64,000 nucleotides of DNA from an uncultured bacterium (GCA_964644695.1 CAZXWN010000013.1:1-64000); one strand, 5' to 3'; shown: positions 30,401 to 40,264, numbered from the stretch's first letter. The notes: a model not told the origin generated them from the letters alone. Translations and numbers: made by a program.

Positions 30401-31233
30401 CAATCAGACCCCATAACACTTGGGAATTCCAACTGTATCACTATAATGAAACCTCAGAGGGTGATTACCGGATGGATATTTCCACAAACATTCTGTTTGG
30501 GGTGTCCACCATCTGGAGCACCGTTGAAATACCCTTATATGCCAATTCCTCTGGAAGAATATATCCTCAGATCATCATTAAGAATAACGGACAGTCAGGC
30601 ACTCTATTAGTCCGGAATATCCAGGTGATTAAGTACCTGCCCAATACCATGTGGGATCGGTACAACCCCCGATATGGATATGGGTATGGAGTGTTCACAA
30701 CCTTTGGGTCAGGCATTCCCGGCTGGGCCACGGATTTACCGGATTCCAGTGTTGTCGGATTACCCGCCATCACCTTGGACACGAATAATAAACAAGCGAC
30801 TTTAGGGTTTACCGGAGTCTCATCCGGCGTAACCTCTAAAGGAATCAAAGCAACCGCAAACAATGCTGCCCCCGGGACCGTCTGGACTCCTGCAGGGATT
30901 TCAGGCCGTGAAGTAGGTGTCGTACTGGACTTTGACCTGAATGGTTCTTTCAATACTTTTGGGTCCCTGATGCTGCTGGCAGTGTATGGCGTACAAAATC
31001 CAGGTCAATTTGATTTTGTGACCCCTCCGGGTCAGTTAATGGCTCTGGCGCAATTCGGTAAACTGATTGAGGGTCCTCAGTACCTGTTAGCACCGGGACG
31101 AAATCCCTATTATCAGACGCAATGGATTGTTAAGTCCGATGTCCCCGGTGATGTGGTTCTGAAAAAGGCAGACTTCATCCGTGAACCAGACCCGCTGCAT
31201 TTTGGAGACGCATTCTATATGACACTGGACTAA
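27406..31233 (+). CDS. Large secreted LVIVD-repeat protein with PKD-like segment and conserved ~550-aa C-terminal module
   Basis: Signal peptide; repeated GNYAY/LVIVDI..P units; C-terminus aligns by eye with 58997-60650 and 62333-64000. Confidence 0.78.
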   Translation: MRSKWMTLLFAVLCLTSIVSLASASNSSYVADNMQAISQAPGSGNCAAFSDGYVWLGHESGLMVFDTDPITSTHIVKNHILQAPVKGLAISGNTLLIATDGDGLHLWDITNNEAPVVKGRFVISGSEAGRRYIGVKVLGNYAYLLNNNNQVVIVNISTPTNPVYVDTVSSANMTRFDIDTARAILAGTNNKTLQIYNLASPTVPTFTYQTTLSNNLYDVIFKGNYLYVGGDTQGLMAWNLTNLNTPSIATSYKTPANARLICLAMGTSLFVTGNYSTPSVQRFNIQGSSIAKLGPGIEIPEGPQSGLYANQSGFLFLAQQGKGNTVIVPNNVYKISGSIWAPFSVVTILRMAGTPSAVAVSGDYGFSNDVDYGVDPVNFTVLSVPQPGTQYKNNHPGLDLANYGAYLYQTNTAKQLQVYGISDPMSPSSGTSLTLTSPGTRIKVKDSWLYVALKEGLKTYNLSSPSNPSASGTYTDSRNTTARALAVTDSFAYLANENNDLVIVDITQKNNPYERWRYSFGSNMIRAAAGLGEWVYLKQDPNKLVIGRFNPSVGFSILTSVTVNGWTSGPADFNFYNNILITAADMDGLRAFSLGQDSASPVQIAAYQQEKGFDRVVVANNRFYASRGNSGITVIEPLGPDADFTAQTYLNQSGQAELRFLPLQKGFGVPTTYVWDTGSGYNVTESTPTLNKTFSYYESIGLIAKTTLGDATVRKQVYWSRNPFHAPNLKMFLGTGYSNAFNLNLYLTENHPGSNWTVLQNFNNLASVDPETGIVSQQAYSQPTSGLNLFSTVVSTDTKIEATLYSSYFKYASTLMEQLPTYGFNSGVPFLVDLRQYVKDSSGLVNPGSFTSEESLLRPGGAGYDNYTCRWVSPGVVEVTATDKYSHEIRLVASKDSTAPFEDQDQESFYISPNLLPGGQCLSYTQITATWATEGMAGLTIPTVGYEPDYSDSTGDVRTNSMSFVFSGEQQGAKLTSRFDQMIPGAASQWFKLRAEVCAIRPHNTWEFQLYHYNETSEGDYRMDISTNILFGVSTIWSTVEIPLYANSSGRIYPQIIIKNNGQSGTLLVRNIQVIKYLPNTMWDRYNPRYGYGYGVFTTFGSGIPGWATDLPDSSVVGLPAITLDTNNKQATLGFTGVSSGVTSKGIKATANNAAPGTVWTPAGISGREVGVVLDFDLNGSFNTFGSLMLLAVYGVQNPGQFDFVTPPGQLMALAQFGKLIEGPQYLLAPGRNPYYQTQWIVKSDVPGDVVLKKADFIREPDPLHFGDAFYMTLD

Positions 31234-31258
31234 TCTTTTTAGACAAGAGATTACTCAT

Positions 31259-31287
31259 AAAGCCCTCTCCAAATGGGGAGGGCTTTT
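31259..31287 (+). terminator. Intrinsic terminator
   Basis: AAAGCCCTCTCC..GGGGAGGGCTTTT. Confidence 0.8.
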
Positions 31288-31357
31288 GTTTTATTTGCTC
31301 TTTCGGGGCAATGCCCGTAAAATGACAGGCAGGAAAGGTACCCGGAGGAGAAGATAC

Positions 31358-32578
31358 ATGAACAGATGGACCTTGTGTTTCGTTGTGATGTTGTTGGTTG
31401 TGACTGGAGCGGTGGCGGAACCCCGGATCAAACTGGGGGTGGATATGTTACAGGTGAATGGCGGGGATTTATTAAAGGGGAAACGAGTGGGATTGATAAC
31501 CAATCTATCCGGGGTTAATTCCAAACTGGAATCCACGATAGATGTGATCAATTCGTTTTCGGGAGTTACATTGACCTGCCTGTTTGGTCCGGAGCATGGA
31601 ATACGGGGTTCGGTTTATGCCGGAGAGAAAGTAAAGACCATGCTGGATGAGAGAACCGGGATTCCTGTTTATAGTTTGTATGGAAATATAAAGGCTCCCG
31701 ATGCGGCGATGATGAAACGCCTGGATGTTTTAGTATTTGATATTCAGGACATAGGGTCGCGGACCTATACCTATGTGTGGACGATGACAGAATGTATGAA
31801 AGCGGCCAAAAAATATAATAAAACATTTGTCGTATTGGACCGCCCCAATCCAATTAATGGACTGGTGGTTGAGGGAAATACAGTTGAAAAAGGATTTGAA
31901 TCCTCCATCGGCCGGTATCCTGTGGCTTATTGCCATGGGATGACGGTGGGTGAACTGGCATTATTCTGTAATACGGAATATGAGATTGGATGTGACTTAA
32001 GAGTTGTTCAGATGGAGGGATGGCAACGGTGGATGACCTGGAGTGATACCGGACTGGCCTGGACCCCGACATCACCCCATATCCCTGAAGATGACTCCTC
32101 ATGGTATTATCCAACGACGGGGATTTTCGGGGAGTTAAAGGTTATTAATCATGGGATTGGGTACACCCTGCCTTTTAAGGTGGTAGGTTCTACAACCTTC
32201 AGGGCATATGACCTGGCTTCCACCTTAAACAGTAAGAAGTTACCGGGGGTTTACTTCCAACCGTTCTGGTACACACCTTTCTATGGAAAACAGATAAATA
32301 TCCCGATGGAAGGGGTAAAAATCGTCATCACAGATACAAAAGTCTATCAACCGGTGAACACCGGATACCATATTATGGCGGTGATTCAGAAAATGTATCC
32401 GGCGGCGTATGAATGGAATACCAACAAAAGAGTCAAGAGTTTCGCCCTGGCAAACGGAACCGATAATATAAGGAAGATGTTGATAGCAGGGAAGTCAGCC
32501 GAGGAAATCATCGGCAGTTGGCAAAAGGATTTGGAGAAGTTCAAGGAAAAACGCGCCCAATACCTGATTTATCCCTAA
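31358..32578 (+). CDS. namZ: Exo-beta-N-acetylmuramidase (DUF1343)
   Basis: GLITN, FGPEHG, FDIQDIGSRTYTY, LDRPNP, TSPHIP; signal peptide. Confidence 0.9.
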   Translation: MNRWTLCFVVMLLVVTGAVAEPRIKLGVDMLQVNGGDLLKGKRVGLITNLSGVNSKLESTIDVINSFSGVTLTCLFGPEHGIRGSVYAGEKVKTMLDERTGIPVYSLYGNIKAPDAAMMKRLDVLVFDIQDIGSRTYTYVWTMTECMKAAKKYNKTFVVLDRPNPINGLVVEGNTVEKGFESSIGRYPVAYCHGMTVGELALFCNTEYEIGCDLRVVQMEGWQRWMTWSDTGLAWTPTSPHIPEDDSSWYYPTTGIFGELKVINHGIGYTLPFKVVGSTTFRAYDLASTLNSKKLPGVYFQPFWYTPFYGKQINIPMEGVKIVITDTKVYQPVNTGYHIMAVIQKMYPAAYEWNTNKRVKSFALANGTDNIRKMLIAGKSAEEIIGSWQKDLEKFKEKRAQYLIYP

Positions 32579-32599
32579 AAATAAGATAAAAGAATGATT

Positions 32600-32631
32600 A
32601 AAGACCTGTCTTTGGGGACAGGTCTTTTTTT
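32600..32631 (+). terminator. Intrinsic terminator
   Basis: AAAGACCTGTC..GACAGGTCTTTTTTT. Confidence 0.85.
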
Positions 32632-32672
32632 GTTGGATTGACATTTAGGGGAATCTGGAAGGAAGTAACCCA

Positions 32673-32694
32673 CCCGATTCGTATCTGCTTCGTT
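32673..32694 (+). repeat. Dispersed 22-bp motif, copy 4
   Basis: CCCGATTCGTATCTGCTTCGTT. Confidence 0.8.
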
Positions 32695-32797
32695 CCCTCA
32701 AAGGTGTCCACCGATAGGACAAAACGACAGCACCCCCTACCCGGTCAAACGTCAGAAGATGGATATACCCAACCGGGAAGAAAGGAGGTGATATGGA

Positions 32798-33139
32798 ATG
32801 GTCCCAATGGAAGTGATACTTAACCGGGTGTTAAGTCGTGTAACCGGATTGAAAGAGAAACCCTTACGGTTCCGGGTGTGGTTTGACCTGGTAAAGGAAA
32901 CCATCGAAGCCGTTGAAGATTTATCCCAACAGTGGGTAGAACTGGAGTCGGAAGAGAAGAAGAAACTGGCCCAGGATACTGTGGAATGGATATACCGAAA
33001 GGTTGGCCTGGATGTTCCGAAAGTGCCGCAATGGTTAGAAATCTGGCTGCTCCGAACCCTGACGGGGGTTCTGGTGGACGGGCTGGTAAGCCTCTACAAT
33101 GAAAAGGGGTGGTTTACCAAGACCCCAAAAGCCGCCTGA
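32798..33139 (+). CDS. Small helical hypothetical protein, reminiscent of phage holin-like proteins
   Basis: Strong SD AAAGGAGGTGA; SEEKKKLA..DVP..VDGLVSLYNEKGWF pattern; own hairpin downstream. Confidence 0.6.
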   Translation: MVPMEVILNRVLSRVTGLKEKPLRFRVWFDLVKETIEAVEDLSQQWVELESEEKKKLAQDTVEWIYRKVGLDVPKVPQWLEIWLLRTLTGVLVDGLVSLYNEKGWFTKTPKAA

Positions 33140-33253
33140 TGAGTCTTCCCGGGCTGAATATTCAAATTCAGTCCGGGACTCTTTTACAGACAATTCATGC
33201 CTAATTCTGTTATTATATCGAAATCAATTATTTTAGTGCGGAGGCTATACCTT

Positions 33254-34207
33254 ATGAATGTTTTAATCACTGGAATCACCGGATTTGTCGGCAGTCATCT
33301 GGCTGAATATCTATTAAGCCGGGGTGATTGTACAGTATATGGCATGATGCGGTGGCGGTCCAAAACCGATAACATTGAACACATTAAAAACAAAATTAAC
33401 TTTATTGAATGTGACATGCGGGATTCAAGTTCCGTCGAAAAAGCCTTAGAAACCTGCAAACCCGAGAAAATATTCCACCTAGCGGCTCAGTCTTTTGTGC
33501 CGACTTCGTGGCATGCTCCCCAGGAGACCCTGACGACGAACATCGTAGGACAGTTGAATATTTTTGAAGCCTGCCGCTCTTTAGGTATTAATCCCTGGAT
33601 ACAGATTGCCTGTTCTTCTGAAGAATATGGAATGGTCCATTCGGATGAAGTTCCCATCAAGGAAACGAATCCCTTACGCCCCCTGTCTCCGTATGCGGTT
33701 TCCAAAGTCGGCCAGGATTTCTTAGGTTATCAATATTTCGCCTCCTACGGCCTGAAGATTGTCCGTACTCGCGGATTCAATCATACAGGACCCCGTCGTG
33801 GTGATGTCTTTGTCGAATCCACTTTTGCCAAACAGATTGCAGAGATTGAAAAGGGCAAGAAGGAACCTGTGATTGACCATGGTAATCTGGATGCCATCCG
33901 TGATTATACCGATGCCCGGGATATGGTCCGTGGGTATTGGCTGGCAACCGAGAAATGTGAGCCGGGTGAAGTGTACAATATTTGTACCGGCTGTGCCTGG
34001 AAGATTCAGGATTTACTGAATTATCTGTTAAGCAAGTCCACCGTAAAAGTGACCTTACGGGAAGATCCCAAACGGATGCGTCCGTCTGATGTCCCGGTCC
34101 TGATTGGCGATAACAGCAAGTTTGTCGCCGCCACTGGGTGGCAGCCAGAAATCAAGTTTGAACAGACTTTAGATGATTTACTGGAATACTGGCGCGCACG
34201 GGTCTAG
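33254..34207 (+). CDS. GDP-mannose 4,6-dehydratase / GDP-4-keto-6-deoxymannose reductase family SDR
   Basis: ITGITGFVG, HLAAQSFV, SSEEYG, SPYAVSK, FNHTGPRRG, RPSDVP. Confidence 0.9.
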   Translation: MNVLITGITGFVGSHLAEYLLSRGDCTVYGMMRWRSKTDNIEHIKNKINFIECDMRDSSSVEKALETCKPEKIFHLAAQSFVPTSWHAPQETLTTNIVGQLNIFEACRSLGINPWIQIACSSEEYGMVHSDEVPIKETNPLRPLSPYAVSKVGQDFLGYQYFASYGLKIVRTRGFNHTGPRRGDVFVESTFAKQIAEIEKGKKEPVIDHGNLDAIRDYTDARDMVRGYWLATEKCEPGEVYNICTGCAWKIQDLLNYLLSKSTVKVTLREDPKRMRPSDVPVLIGDNSKFVAATGWQPEIKFEQTLDDLLEYWRARV

Positions 34208-34226
34208 TAACTGACGAATTTTATCG

Positions 34227-34258
34227 AGAGGCCCGGGTAATATTCGGGCCTCTTTTTT
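34227..34258 (+). terminator. Intrinsic terminator
   Basis: AGAGGCCCG..CGGGCCTCTTTTTT. Confidence 0.8.
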
Positions 34259-34259
34259 A

Positions 34260-35897
34260 TTGGAGATTATGAACCGTCTATTGAACAGATTAATGCCCTA
34301 TCGATATGTTATCCTGGCTGTCCTGCTGGGAGTGGGAGTTTTTTATAATCAGGGCGTGATTCCTCTGGATGGGGAGGAACACCGCCGGGCTTTCGTTGCG
34401 ATTGAAATGATGTATCGAAATAACTGGATCGTTCCAACGATGATTGGAGATATCTATCGGGCAAAACCGCCATTGTTTGAATGGGTCTTGATGGGTGCGT
34501 ATCAGTTGTTTGGGAGTATGGAAGAATGGGTAGTCCGCATCCCCTCCAATGCAGCATTACTGGTTCTGGCGGGATTAACCGGATGGTGGTATCGCCGCCA
34601 TGTGGGGACCCGGATGGCATATTGGGCGGCGTTGATGGTGCCCACCAGTGTGGGGATTTTTTATAACTATTCTTTCCGTGGTGGAGAGATTGATTTCTTT
34701 TTCTCGATGTTGATGTTTGGGGCCATGGGTGGACTGTTTTATTTTGGTGAGCGCAAGCAATGGGGATTATTTTATCTCGTTCCTTTTACGCTGACGGCGT
34801 TGGCCTTTTTAGCCAAAGGTTTTCCTGCCCCTATTCATTTATATCTGACTCTGGCGGTATATATCTGGATGAAAGGTGATTGGAAACGGTTGTTTTCCGT
34901 TTGGCATTTTGTCGGGATGGCAGTGCTGCTGGGAATCACGGGAGGATATTTTTACATTTACAGCCAGCAGGCACCGGTCATGGATTATCTGCGGGTGTTA
35001 TGGGGAGAATCGAGCTCCAGAACAGTAGTTTCACACAATCCTTTTGGGCCTTTTTTCGATAATTTTTTGAAATTCCCGATACGGATACTTGTGGAAGTAT
35101 TACCGTGGTCCCTGATGGGATTGTGGTTTTTCAAGAAATCGGTTCGGGAAATGGTATGGAATCATCCCGCGTTGAAATATAGTGTTTTAGTCTTAGCCAT
35201 TAACCTACCCATTTACTGGATATCTCCGGGAACCTTGGCCAGAGTCCGTTATTTCTATCCGTTTTTGCCGTTTGCCATGGTCCTCATGGCCAGCTTATTA
35301 GAGAAACCTGAATCGTTACCTGAATGTGATGTGTGGTTGAAACGGGCGACTTTCGTTATGAGTCTGACCGGAGTGATAGCGGGTGTTGGGCTGGCAGGAT
35401 TTGGAATTGTTCATCATCAAGTTATTGGCGGGGTTGGATTGGTGGTGGCATTAACCGCCGCTATCGTCAGTCTCGGAGCCGGCTGGTATTATTACCGAAC
35501 CCGGGTCAGCAGCATCTTCCTGATGATGTTGATCTTAGTCACCCTGAGGTTTTCCATGGACAGTGTATATCTTCCTTACCGGGCAACCCACGGTGCGGAT
35601 GTTCGAGTTAAGAGACTTGCTGCTCGTATCTTGGAATTGGATCATGGCCGGCCACTGAGATATTGGGGTGGGACTATTGAGAAGCGGTATCCCAATTTAA
35701 GCCTGTTTTATTATCTGGAGAAACAAACCGGAAAAGTCGTTTACCGTGAGACCACACTGCGTCCTGGGGTGTTATATTTCAGCCATGAACTGGATGTCCC
35801 GAAACTCCCTATCCGAATATTAGAGACGATGACCTTGAAATATCGAACCATCGTTGTGTTTGAAGCCCTCTCCGAAAAAGAATCTGCAAATAATTAA
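34260..35897 (+). CDS. ArnT/PMT-like GT-C membrane glycosyltransferase
   Basis: EE.RR..A.EM..NWIVP..KPPLF.W, VRIPS, LAKG; many TM helices. Confidence 0.85.
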   Translation: MEIMNRLLNRLMPYRYVILAVLLGVGVFYNQGVIPLDGEEHRRAFVAIEMMYRNNWIVPTMIGDIYRAKPPLFEWVLMGAYQLFGSMEEWVVRIPSNAALLVLAGLTGWWYRRHVGTRMAYWAALMVPTSVGIFYNYSFRGGEIDFFFSMLMFGAMGGLFYFGERKQWGLFYLVPFTLTALAFLAKGFPAPIHLYLTLAVYIWMKGDWKRLFSVWHFVGMAVLLGITGGYFYIYSQQAPVMDYLRVLWGESSSRTVVSHNPFGPFFDNFLKFPIRILVEVLPWSLMGLWFFKKSVREMVWNHPALKYSVLVLAINLPIYWISPGTLARVRYFYPFLPFAMVLMASLLEKPESLPECDVWLKRATFVMSLTGVIAGVGLAGFGIVHHQVIGGVGLVVALTAAIVSLGAGWYYYRTRVSSIFLMMLILVTLRFSMDSVYLPYRATHGADVRVKRLAARILELDHGRPLRYWGGTIEKRYPNLSLFYYLEKQTGKVVYRETTLRPGVLYFSHELDVPKLPIRILETMTLKYRTIVVFEALSEKESANN

Positions 35898-36001
35898 AGA
35901 TTCTTTTACCCAACATAAAATAGATGTGGGAGAATAATTTGACTTGTTGCGAATGACTCAATTTATTCCGACAAGTACAACTTATTCAGAGGTCAAAGAC
36001 A

Positions 36002-37147
36002 ATGGAAAACATCAAAGTCGGTGTCATTGGAACTGGTTTTATCGGACCAGTCCATGTTGAAGCACTCCGACGAGTTCCCGGTGTAGAAGTGGTTGCCATA
36101 GCCGCTGCTACTCCCGCGGAAGCCGAGACCGCCGCTAAGAAATTATCTATCCCGAAAGCCCACAAGTGCTGGGAAGATTTAGTGGCAGATCCAGAAATCC
36201 AAGTCGTTCATAACTGCACTCCCAATGTCCTTCATTATCCGATTAATATGGCGGTCATTGCGGCAGGAAAACATCTAGTCTCCGAGAAGCCCCTGGGGAT
36301 GAATGAGACTGAATCCAAGACCATGTATGATGCGGCCCAAAAAGCCGGCATCATCAATGCCATTAACTACAACTACCGGATGTATCCGCTGGTGCGGCAG
36401 GCGGTGGAGAATGTCTCTACGGGTGATATCGGAAATGTCTTGCTGGTGCATGGCTCCTACCTTCAGGACTGGTTATTATTTGAGACTGACTACAACTGGA
36501 GAGTCGAGCCTGAATGTGGCGGTGCCCTGCGGGCTATCGGTGATATCGGTTCACACTGGTGTGACCTTGCCCAGTACATTACAGGAAGCCCCATCGTGGA
36601 AGTATGCGCTGACTTACAGACTTTCCATAAGACCCGCATGAGACCGGAATCCGGTTCCAACGAAACCTTTACCAATGAAAAGAAGTCAGGGACTCCAGTT
36701 GAGATAAAGACTGAAGATGCCGCCACCGTTCTTATCCGGTTTGCCAATGGTGCCCGGGGAAGTTTCTTAGTATCCCAGGTATCGGCAGGCCGCAAAAATC
36801 GGTTATGGATGGAAGTGGACGGGACCAAAAAGTCCATGGTGTGGAATCAGGAAGACCCCAATAATTTATGGATTGGCCGTCGGGAAACCCCATCACAAAC
36901 ATTGCCTAAAGATGCGAGCCTGATGAGTCGTGAAGCGGCTCAGCTGGCACATTATCCAGGTGGTCATCCAGAAGGATATCCTGATGTCGTCAAGAATCTG
37001 TTTACCCGGGTTTATGATGATATCCGGAATGGAACTCGAAAGGGTGGGTATCCCACTTTTGCCGATGGGTACAGAGCAGAGAGGGTGAACGCGGCGATAT
37101 TGAAGTCCCATCAAACCCAAGCCTGGGTAAAGGTAGAACAAGAATAA
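36002..37147 (+). CDS. Gfo/Idh/MocA family oxidoreductase
   Basis: GTGFIG, SEKPL, YLQDWL, DIGSHW. Confidence 0.93.
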   Translation: MENIKVGVIGTGFIGPVHVEALRRVPGVEVVAIAAATPAEAETAAKKLSIPKAHKCWEDLVADPEIQVVHNCTPNVLHYPINMAVIAAGKHLVSEKPLGMNETESKTMYDAAQKAGIINAINYNYRMYPLVRQAVENVSTGDIGNVLLVHGSYLQDWLLFETDYNWRVEPECGGALRAIGDIGSHWCDLAQYITGSPIVEVCADLQTFHKTRMRPESGSNETFTNEKKSGTPVEIKTEDAATVLIRFANGARGSFLVSQVSAGRKNRLWMEVDGTKKSMVWNQEDPNNLWIGRRETPSQTLPKDASLMSREAAQLAHYPGGHPEGYPDVVKNLFTRVYDDIRNGTRKGGYPTFADGYRAERVNAAILKSHQTQAWVKVEQE

Positions 37148-37187
37148 ATAAGGACTTTTGTCCTAACAAAAGATAAGGAGTAAGACC

Positions 37188-38087
37188 ATGTATTTAGGAT
37201 TTTTAACTGTCTGTTTACCAGAGGTACCGTTTGATGAATTAGTGAAGTGGGCGGCGGAAAAGGGCTTCAAAGGATTAGAAGTCGGCTGCTGGCCCCAGAA
37301 ATCCGATAGGGATTACAAAGGTTCCTGCTTTGATGTTACCAAGATGACAACCAAGTCTGCCAAGGAAACCCGGAAGCTGGTGGATGACAATGGAATCACT
37401 ATTTCATCTCTAGCCTATTATGACAACAATCTTCATCCTGATAAGAAGAATCGGGCCTACATCCATAATCATTTATACAAAGTGATTGATGCGGCGGCCC
37501 TCCTGGGCGTTGAATCCGTTGGGACTTTTATTGGAAATAATCCTGCCCTCAAAGTTGAGGATGCATTGAAAGAAGCCCAGGGAATCTTCAAGAAACATCT
37601 GCAATATGCCCGGAAGAAAAAAGTAAAACTGATGATTGAGAATTGCCCCATGGAAGGCTGGCAGCAGGAAAATGTCCCAGGCAATCTCATGTATTCGCCG
37701 GAACTGTGGGAGAAAGTATTCAACTTGTTACCGGATGAAAACTTCGGTTTAAATATTGACCCTTCCCATCTGTACTGGCTGGGTTGTGATTATGTGGATT
37801 GTATCCAAGACTTCAAAGACCGGATATTCCACGCCCATGCCAAAGACACAGAGATTTTGGAAGGGAAAATGGCTGTCAAGAGTATCTATAGCAAGGGTTG
37901 GTGGAGATACAGGATGCCGGGATTGGGTGAAGTGGACTGGCGGCGTTTCACTTGTGCCTTACAGGAAGCAGGGTACAAGGGTGTGATGTCGATTGAACAC
38001 GAAGACCCGATTTATCATGGTTCTGAAGAGAAAACTAAACAGGGCCTGATACTTGGACACAGATATCTGTCCAACTACATTATCTAA
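37188..38087 (+). CDS. Sugar phosphate isomerase/epimerase (xylose-isomerase-like TIM barrel)
   Basis: IENCPM, DPSHL, HAKD, PGLGEVDW, SIEHED. Confidence 0.9.
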   Translation: MYLGFLTVCLPEVPFDELVKWAAEKGFKGLEVGCWPQKSDRDYKGSCFDVTKMTTKSAKETRKLVDDNGITISSLAYYDNNLHPDKKNRAYIHNHLYKVIDAAALLGVESVGTFIGNNPALKVEDALKEAQGIFKKHLQYARKKKVKLMIENCPMEGWQQENVPGNLMYSPELWEKVFNLLPDENFGLNIDPSHLYWLGCDYVDCIQDFKDRIFHAHAKDTEILEGKMAVKSIYSKGWWRYRMPGLGEVDWRRFTCALQEAGYKGVMSIEHEDPIYHGSEEKTKQGLILGHRYLSNYII

Positions 38088-38107
38088 GCGATTTAATTGT
38101 CATTCTG

Positions 38108-38139
38108 AAGGGCGGCATCTAACGATGCCGTCCTTTTTT
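38108..38139 (+). terminator. Intrinsic terminator
   Basis: AAGGGCGGCATC..GATGCCGTCCTTTTTT. Confidence 0.85.
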
Positions 38140-38200
38140 ATTTAGGAATAGTTCCAAAAGGTCCATGTCTTGGGAATGGATAATCAGTAAATTACGGATA

Positions 38201-38234
38201 AATCAATGGTTTATCAAATCGGCACAAGATTTGC
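38201..38234 (+). promoter_or_regulatory. Sigma54 -24/-12 promoter with upstream IHF site
   Basis: GGCACAAGATTTGC (GG-N10-GC) at 38221-38234; AATCAATGGTTTA fits WATCAANNNNTTR at 38201-38213. Confidence 0.72.
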
Positions 38235-38298
38235 GAGATAAATGAAAGTAGTAGAGCAATACTTAAAGAAGGAACCATATTAAGAGAGGTGACGATAT

Positions 38299-38505
38299 AT
38301 GAAACGCACAAACATGAAAAAGGTGGTCATCGCAGGGTTACTGCTCGTGATGCTGGGATTGGTTGGTTGTGACACGGTTGGATATTACATCCACGATGAT
38401 CATGACCGGTATCATCACCACCGTCCAGGCGATAGAGACAGAGATTGGGATCATCGAGATCCGTATCGGCCTCCACCGCCACCCCCGGGTGGTTATCACC
38501 GGTGA
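38299..38505 (+). CDS. Small His/Arg/Pro-rich lipoprotein
   Basis: SD GAGGTGA; lipobox LVGC; low-complexity mature part. Confidence 0.72.
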   Translation: MKRTNMKKVVIAGLLLVMLGLVGCDTVGYYIHDDHDRYHHHRPGDRDRDWDHRDPYRPPPPPPGGYHR

Positions 38506-38607
38506 TTTAGCTGGATAATCTGCTCATTAGCTCAGGTTTATGATATGTTTGAAGGGAAGGCGACCTTCGGGTTTCCTTCCTTTTGAGCATATTAGAAGCG
38601 AGAGGTA

Positions 38608-38874
38608 ATGATCATGAAAGAACTCTCTTTACGAAAGTTATGTGTATTAGGAATTGTGGTTATAGTCAGTTTGAGTTTATCGGGATGTATTACACACCGA
38701 GGGACAACCCGGATATCAAGAGTGGGGGGAATGGGTGGTGGATATTATCGTTCCATACCTGTAAAACCCATACTTGAACCTGTTCCAGAACGGCCGGCCG
38801 GCGATAACTACATTCACGGGACATGGCAATGGGACGGAAAGAGTTGGAAATTCGTCCGCGGCCACTGGGAATAA
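38608..38874 (+). CDS. Small lipoprotein with YXWGXW-like repeat
   Basis: Lipobox LSGC; YIHGTWQW..FVRGHW. Confidence 0.72.
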   Translation: MIMKELSLRKLCVLGIVVIVSLSLSGCITHRGTTRISRVGGMGGGYYRSIPVKPILEPVPERPAGDNYIHGTWQWDGKSWKFVRGHWE

Positions 38875-38881
38875 ATCACCG

Positions 38882-40264
38882 ATGACACCGGAACCCAAAA
38901 CGGCCTCCATTCTGGTTGTGGATGATGAACCGAAGTTATTGGAGTTATTCCAGATTGCCCTCGAAAAAGACGGATACCAGGTCGTCACCGCTGAAAATGG
39001 CGCCAATGCCATCAGCATCATGAAGAACTCCCCGGCCTTTGATTTGATATTCACAGATTTGAGAATGCCGGGTGTTGACGGAATGGAGCTATTTCGCTGG
39101 ATTGCTAAAAACAACCCTGAGACACCGGTCGTGATTGTGACAGCATACGGTACCGTTGATACAGCGGTTGAATCTCTCAAGGCCGGCGCATACGACTATC
39201 TCATTAAACCGGTCAAGCTGGATGAATTACGGCAGGTTGCTCGTCGTGTGTTAGAACATCATCGGGTCAGTGAAGAGAATCGTGAGTTAAAACAAACGCT
39301 CCGGAAACAATCTGCACCGGCGCTGGGTATTGTCGGGACCTCTGCGTCTATGCAGGAGGTTTACCACAGGATTGAAAAAGTAGCACCGTCTGCGGCAACG
39401 GTATTGATATTGGGAGAGTCTGGCACAGGGAAGGAATTGGTTGCGCGCGCGATACATGAAATGTCTCCCCGAAAAGAACAGCCGTTTGTGAAGGCTGTTT
39501 GTGCTGCGCTTCCGGAAGGCCTGTTGGAATCAGAATTGTTTGGTCATGTAAAAGGGGCTTTTACGGGTGCGATAGCGAATCGTATCGGGAGGTTTGAAGC
39601 GGCACATAATGGAACTATTTTCCTGGATGAAATAGGAGATATTCCTTTATCCATCCAGATTAAACTTTTACGGGTGTTACAGGAACGACAGTTTGAGCGT
39701 GTGGGTGATACAGAAACACAGACCGTGGATGTCCGTGTCATTGCGGCTACAAATCGGAATCTGGAAGCGGCCATTGCCGATAAAAGTTTTAGAGAAGATT
39801 TATATTACCGGTTGAATGTTGTGAGTGTGTATTTACCGCCGCTGCGTTCACGTCGAGACGATATTCCTTCACTGGTAGAACATTTCCTGGATACCATTGC
39901 AGCAAGTCAACACTTGCCGCGTCCAAAGATGGCACCTGAAACATTGAAGTTACTGATGGGATACCCATGGCCGGGGAATATCCGAGAGTTGGAAAACGCT
40001 ATTGAACATGCCATGGTCATGGGGAACAGAGAAGTTATTTTGCCCGAGGATTTACCATTACCCATTCAGTCTGGATTGCCCCGATCGACAGGGTCTCTCA
40101 CACCTCAGACGGCAGCGGGAACGCTCTCTCTGGAGGATATGGAAAAACAAATGCTTATTGAAGCTCTAAATCAAACTGGACACAATCAATCCCGCGCTGC
40201 AGAAGTGTTGGGAATCACCCGAAGAACGCTTGGATATCGGATGAAGAAATACGGTATTGAGTAA
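38882..40264 (+). CDS. Sigma54-dependent response regulator (NtrC/AtoC family)
   Basis: Receiver (VDDE, TDLRMP), GESGTGKE, GAFTGA, LDEIG, Fis HTH. Confidence 0.95.
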   Translation: MTPEPKTASILVVDDEPKLLELFQIALEKDGYQVVTAENGANAISIMKNSPAFDLIFTDLRMPGVDGMELFRWIAKNNPETPVVIVTAYGTVDTAVESLKAGAYDYLIKPVKLDELRQVARRVLEHHRVSEENRELKQTLRKQSAPALGIVGTSASMQEVYHRIEKVAPSAATVLILGESGTGKELVARAIHEMSPRKEQPFVKAVCAALPEGLLESELFGHVKGAFTGAIANRIGRFEAAHNGTIFLDEIGDIPLSIQIKLLRVLQERQFERVGDTETQTVDVRVIAATNRNLEAAIADKSFREDLYYRLNVVSVYLPPLRSRRDDIPSLVEHFLDTIAASQHLPRPKMAPETLKLLMGYPWPGNIRELENAIEHAMVMGNREVILPEDLPLPIQSGLPRSTGSLTPQTAAGTLSLEDMEKQMLIEALNQTGHNQSRAAEVLGITRRTLGYRMKKYGIE

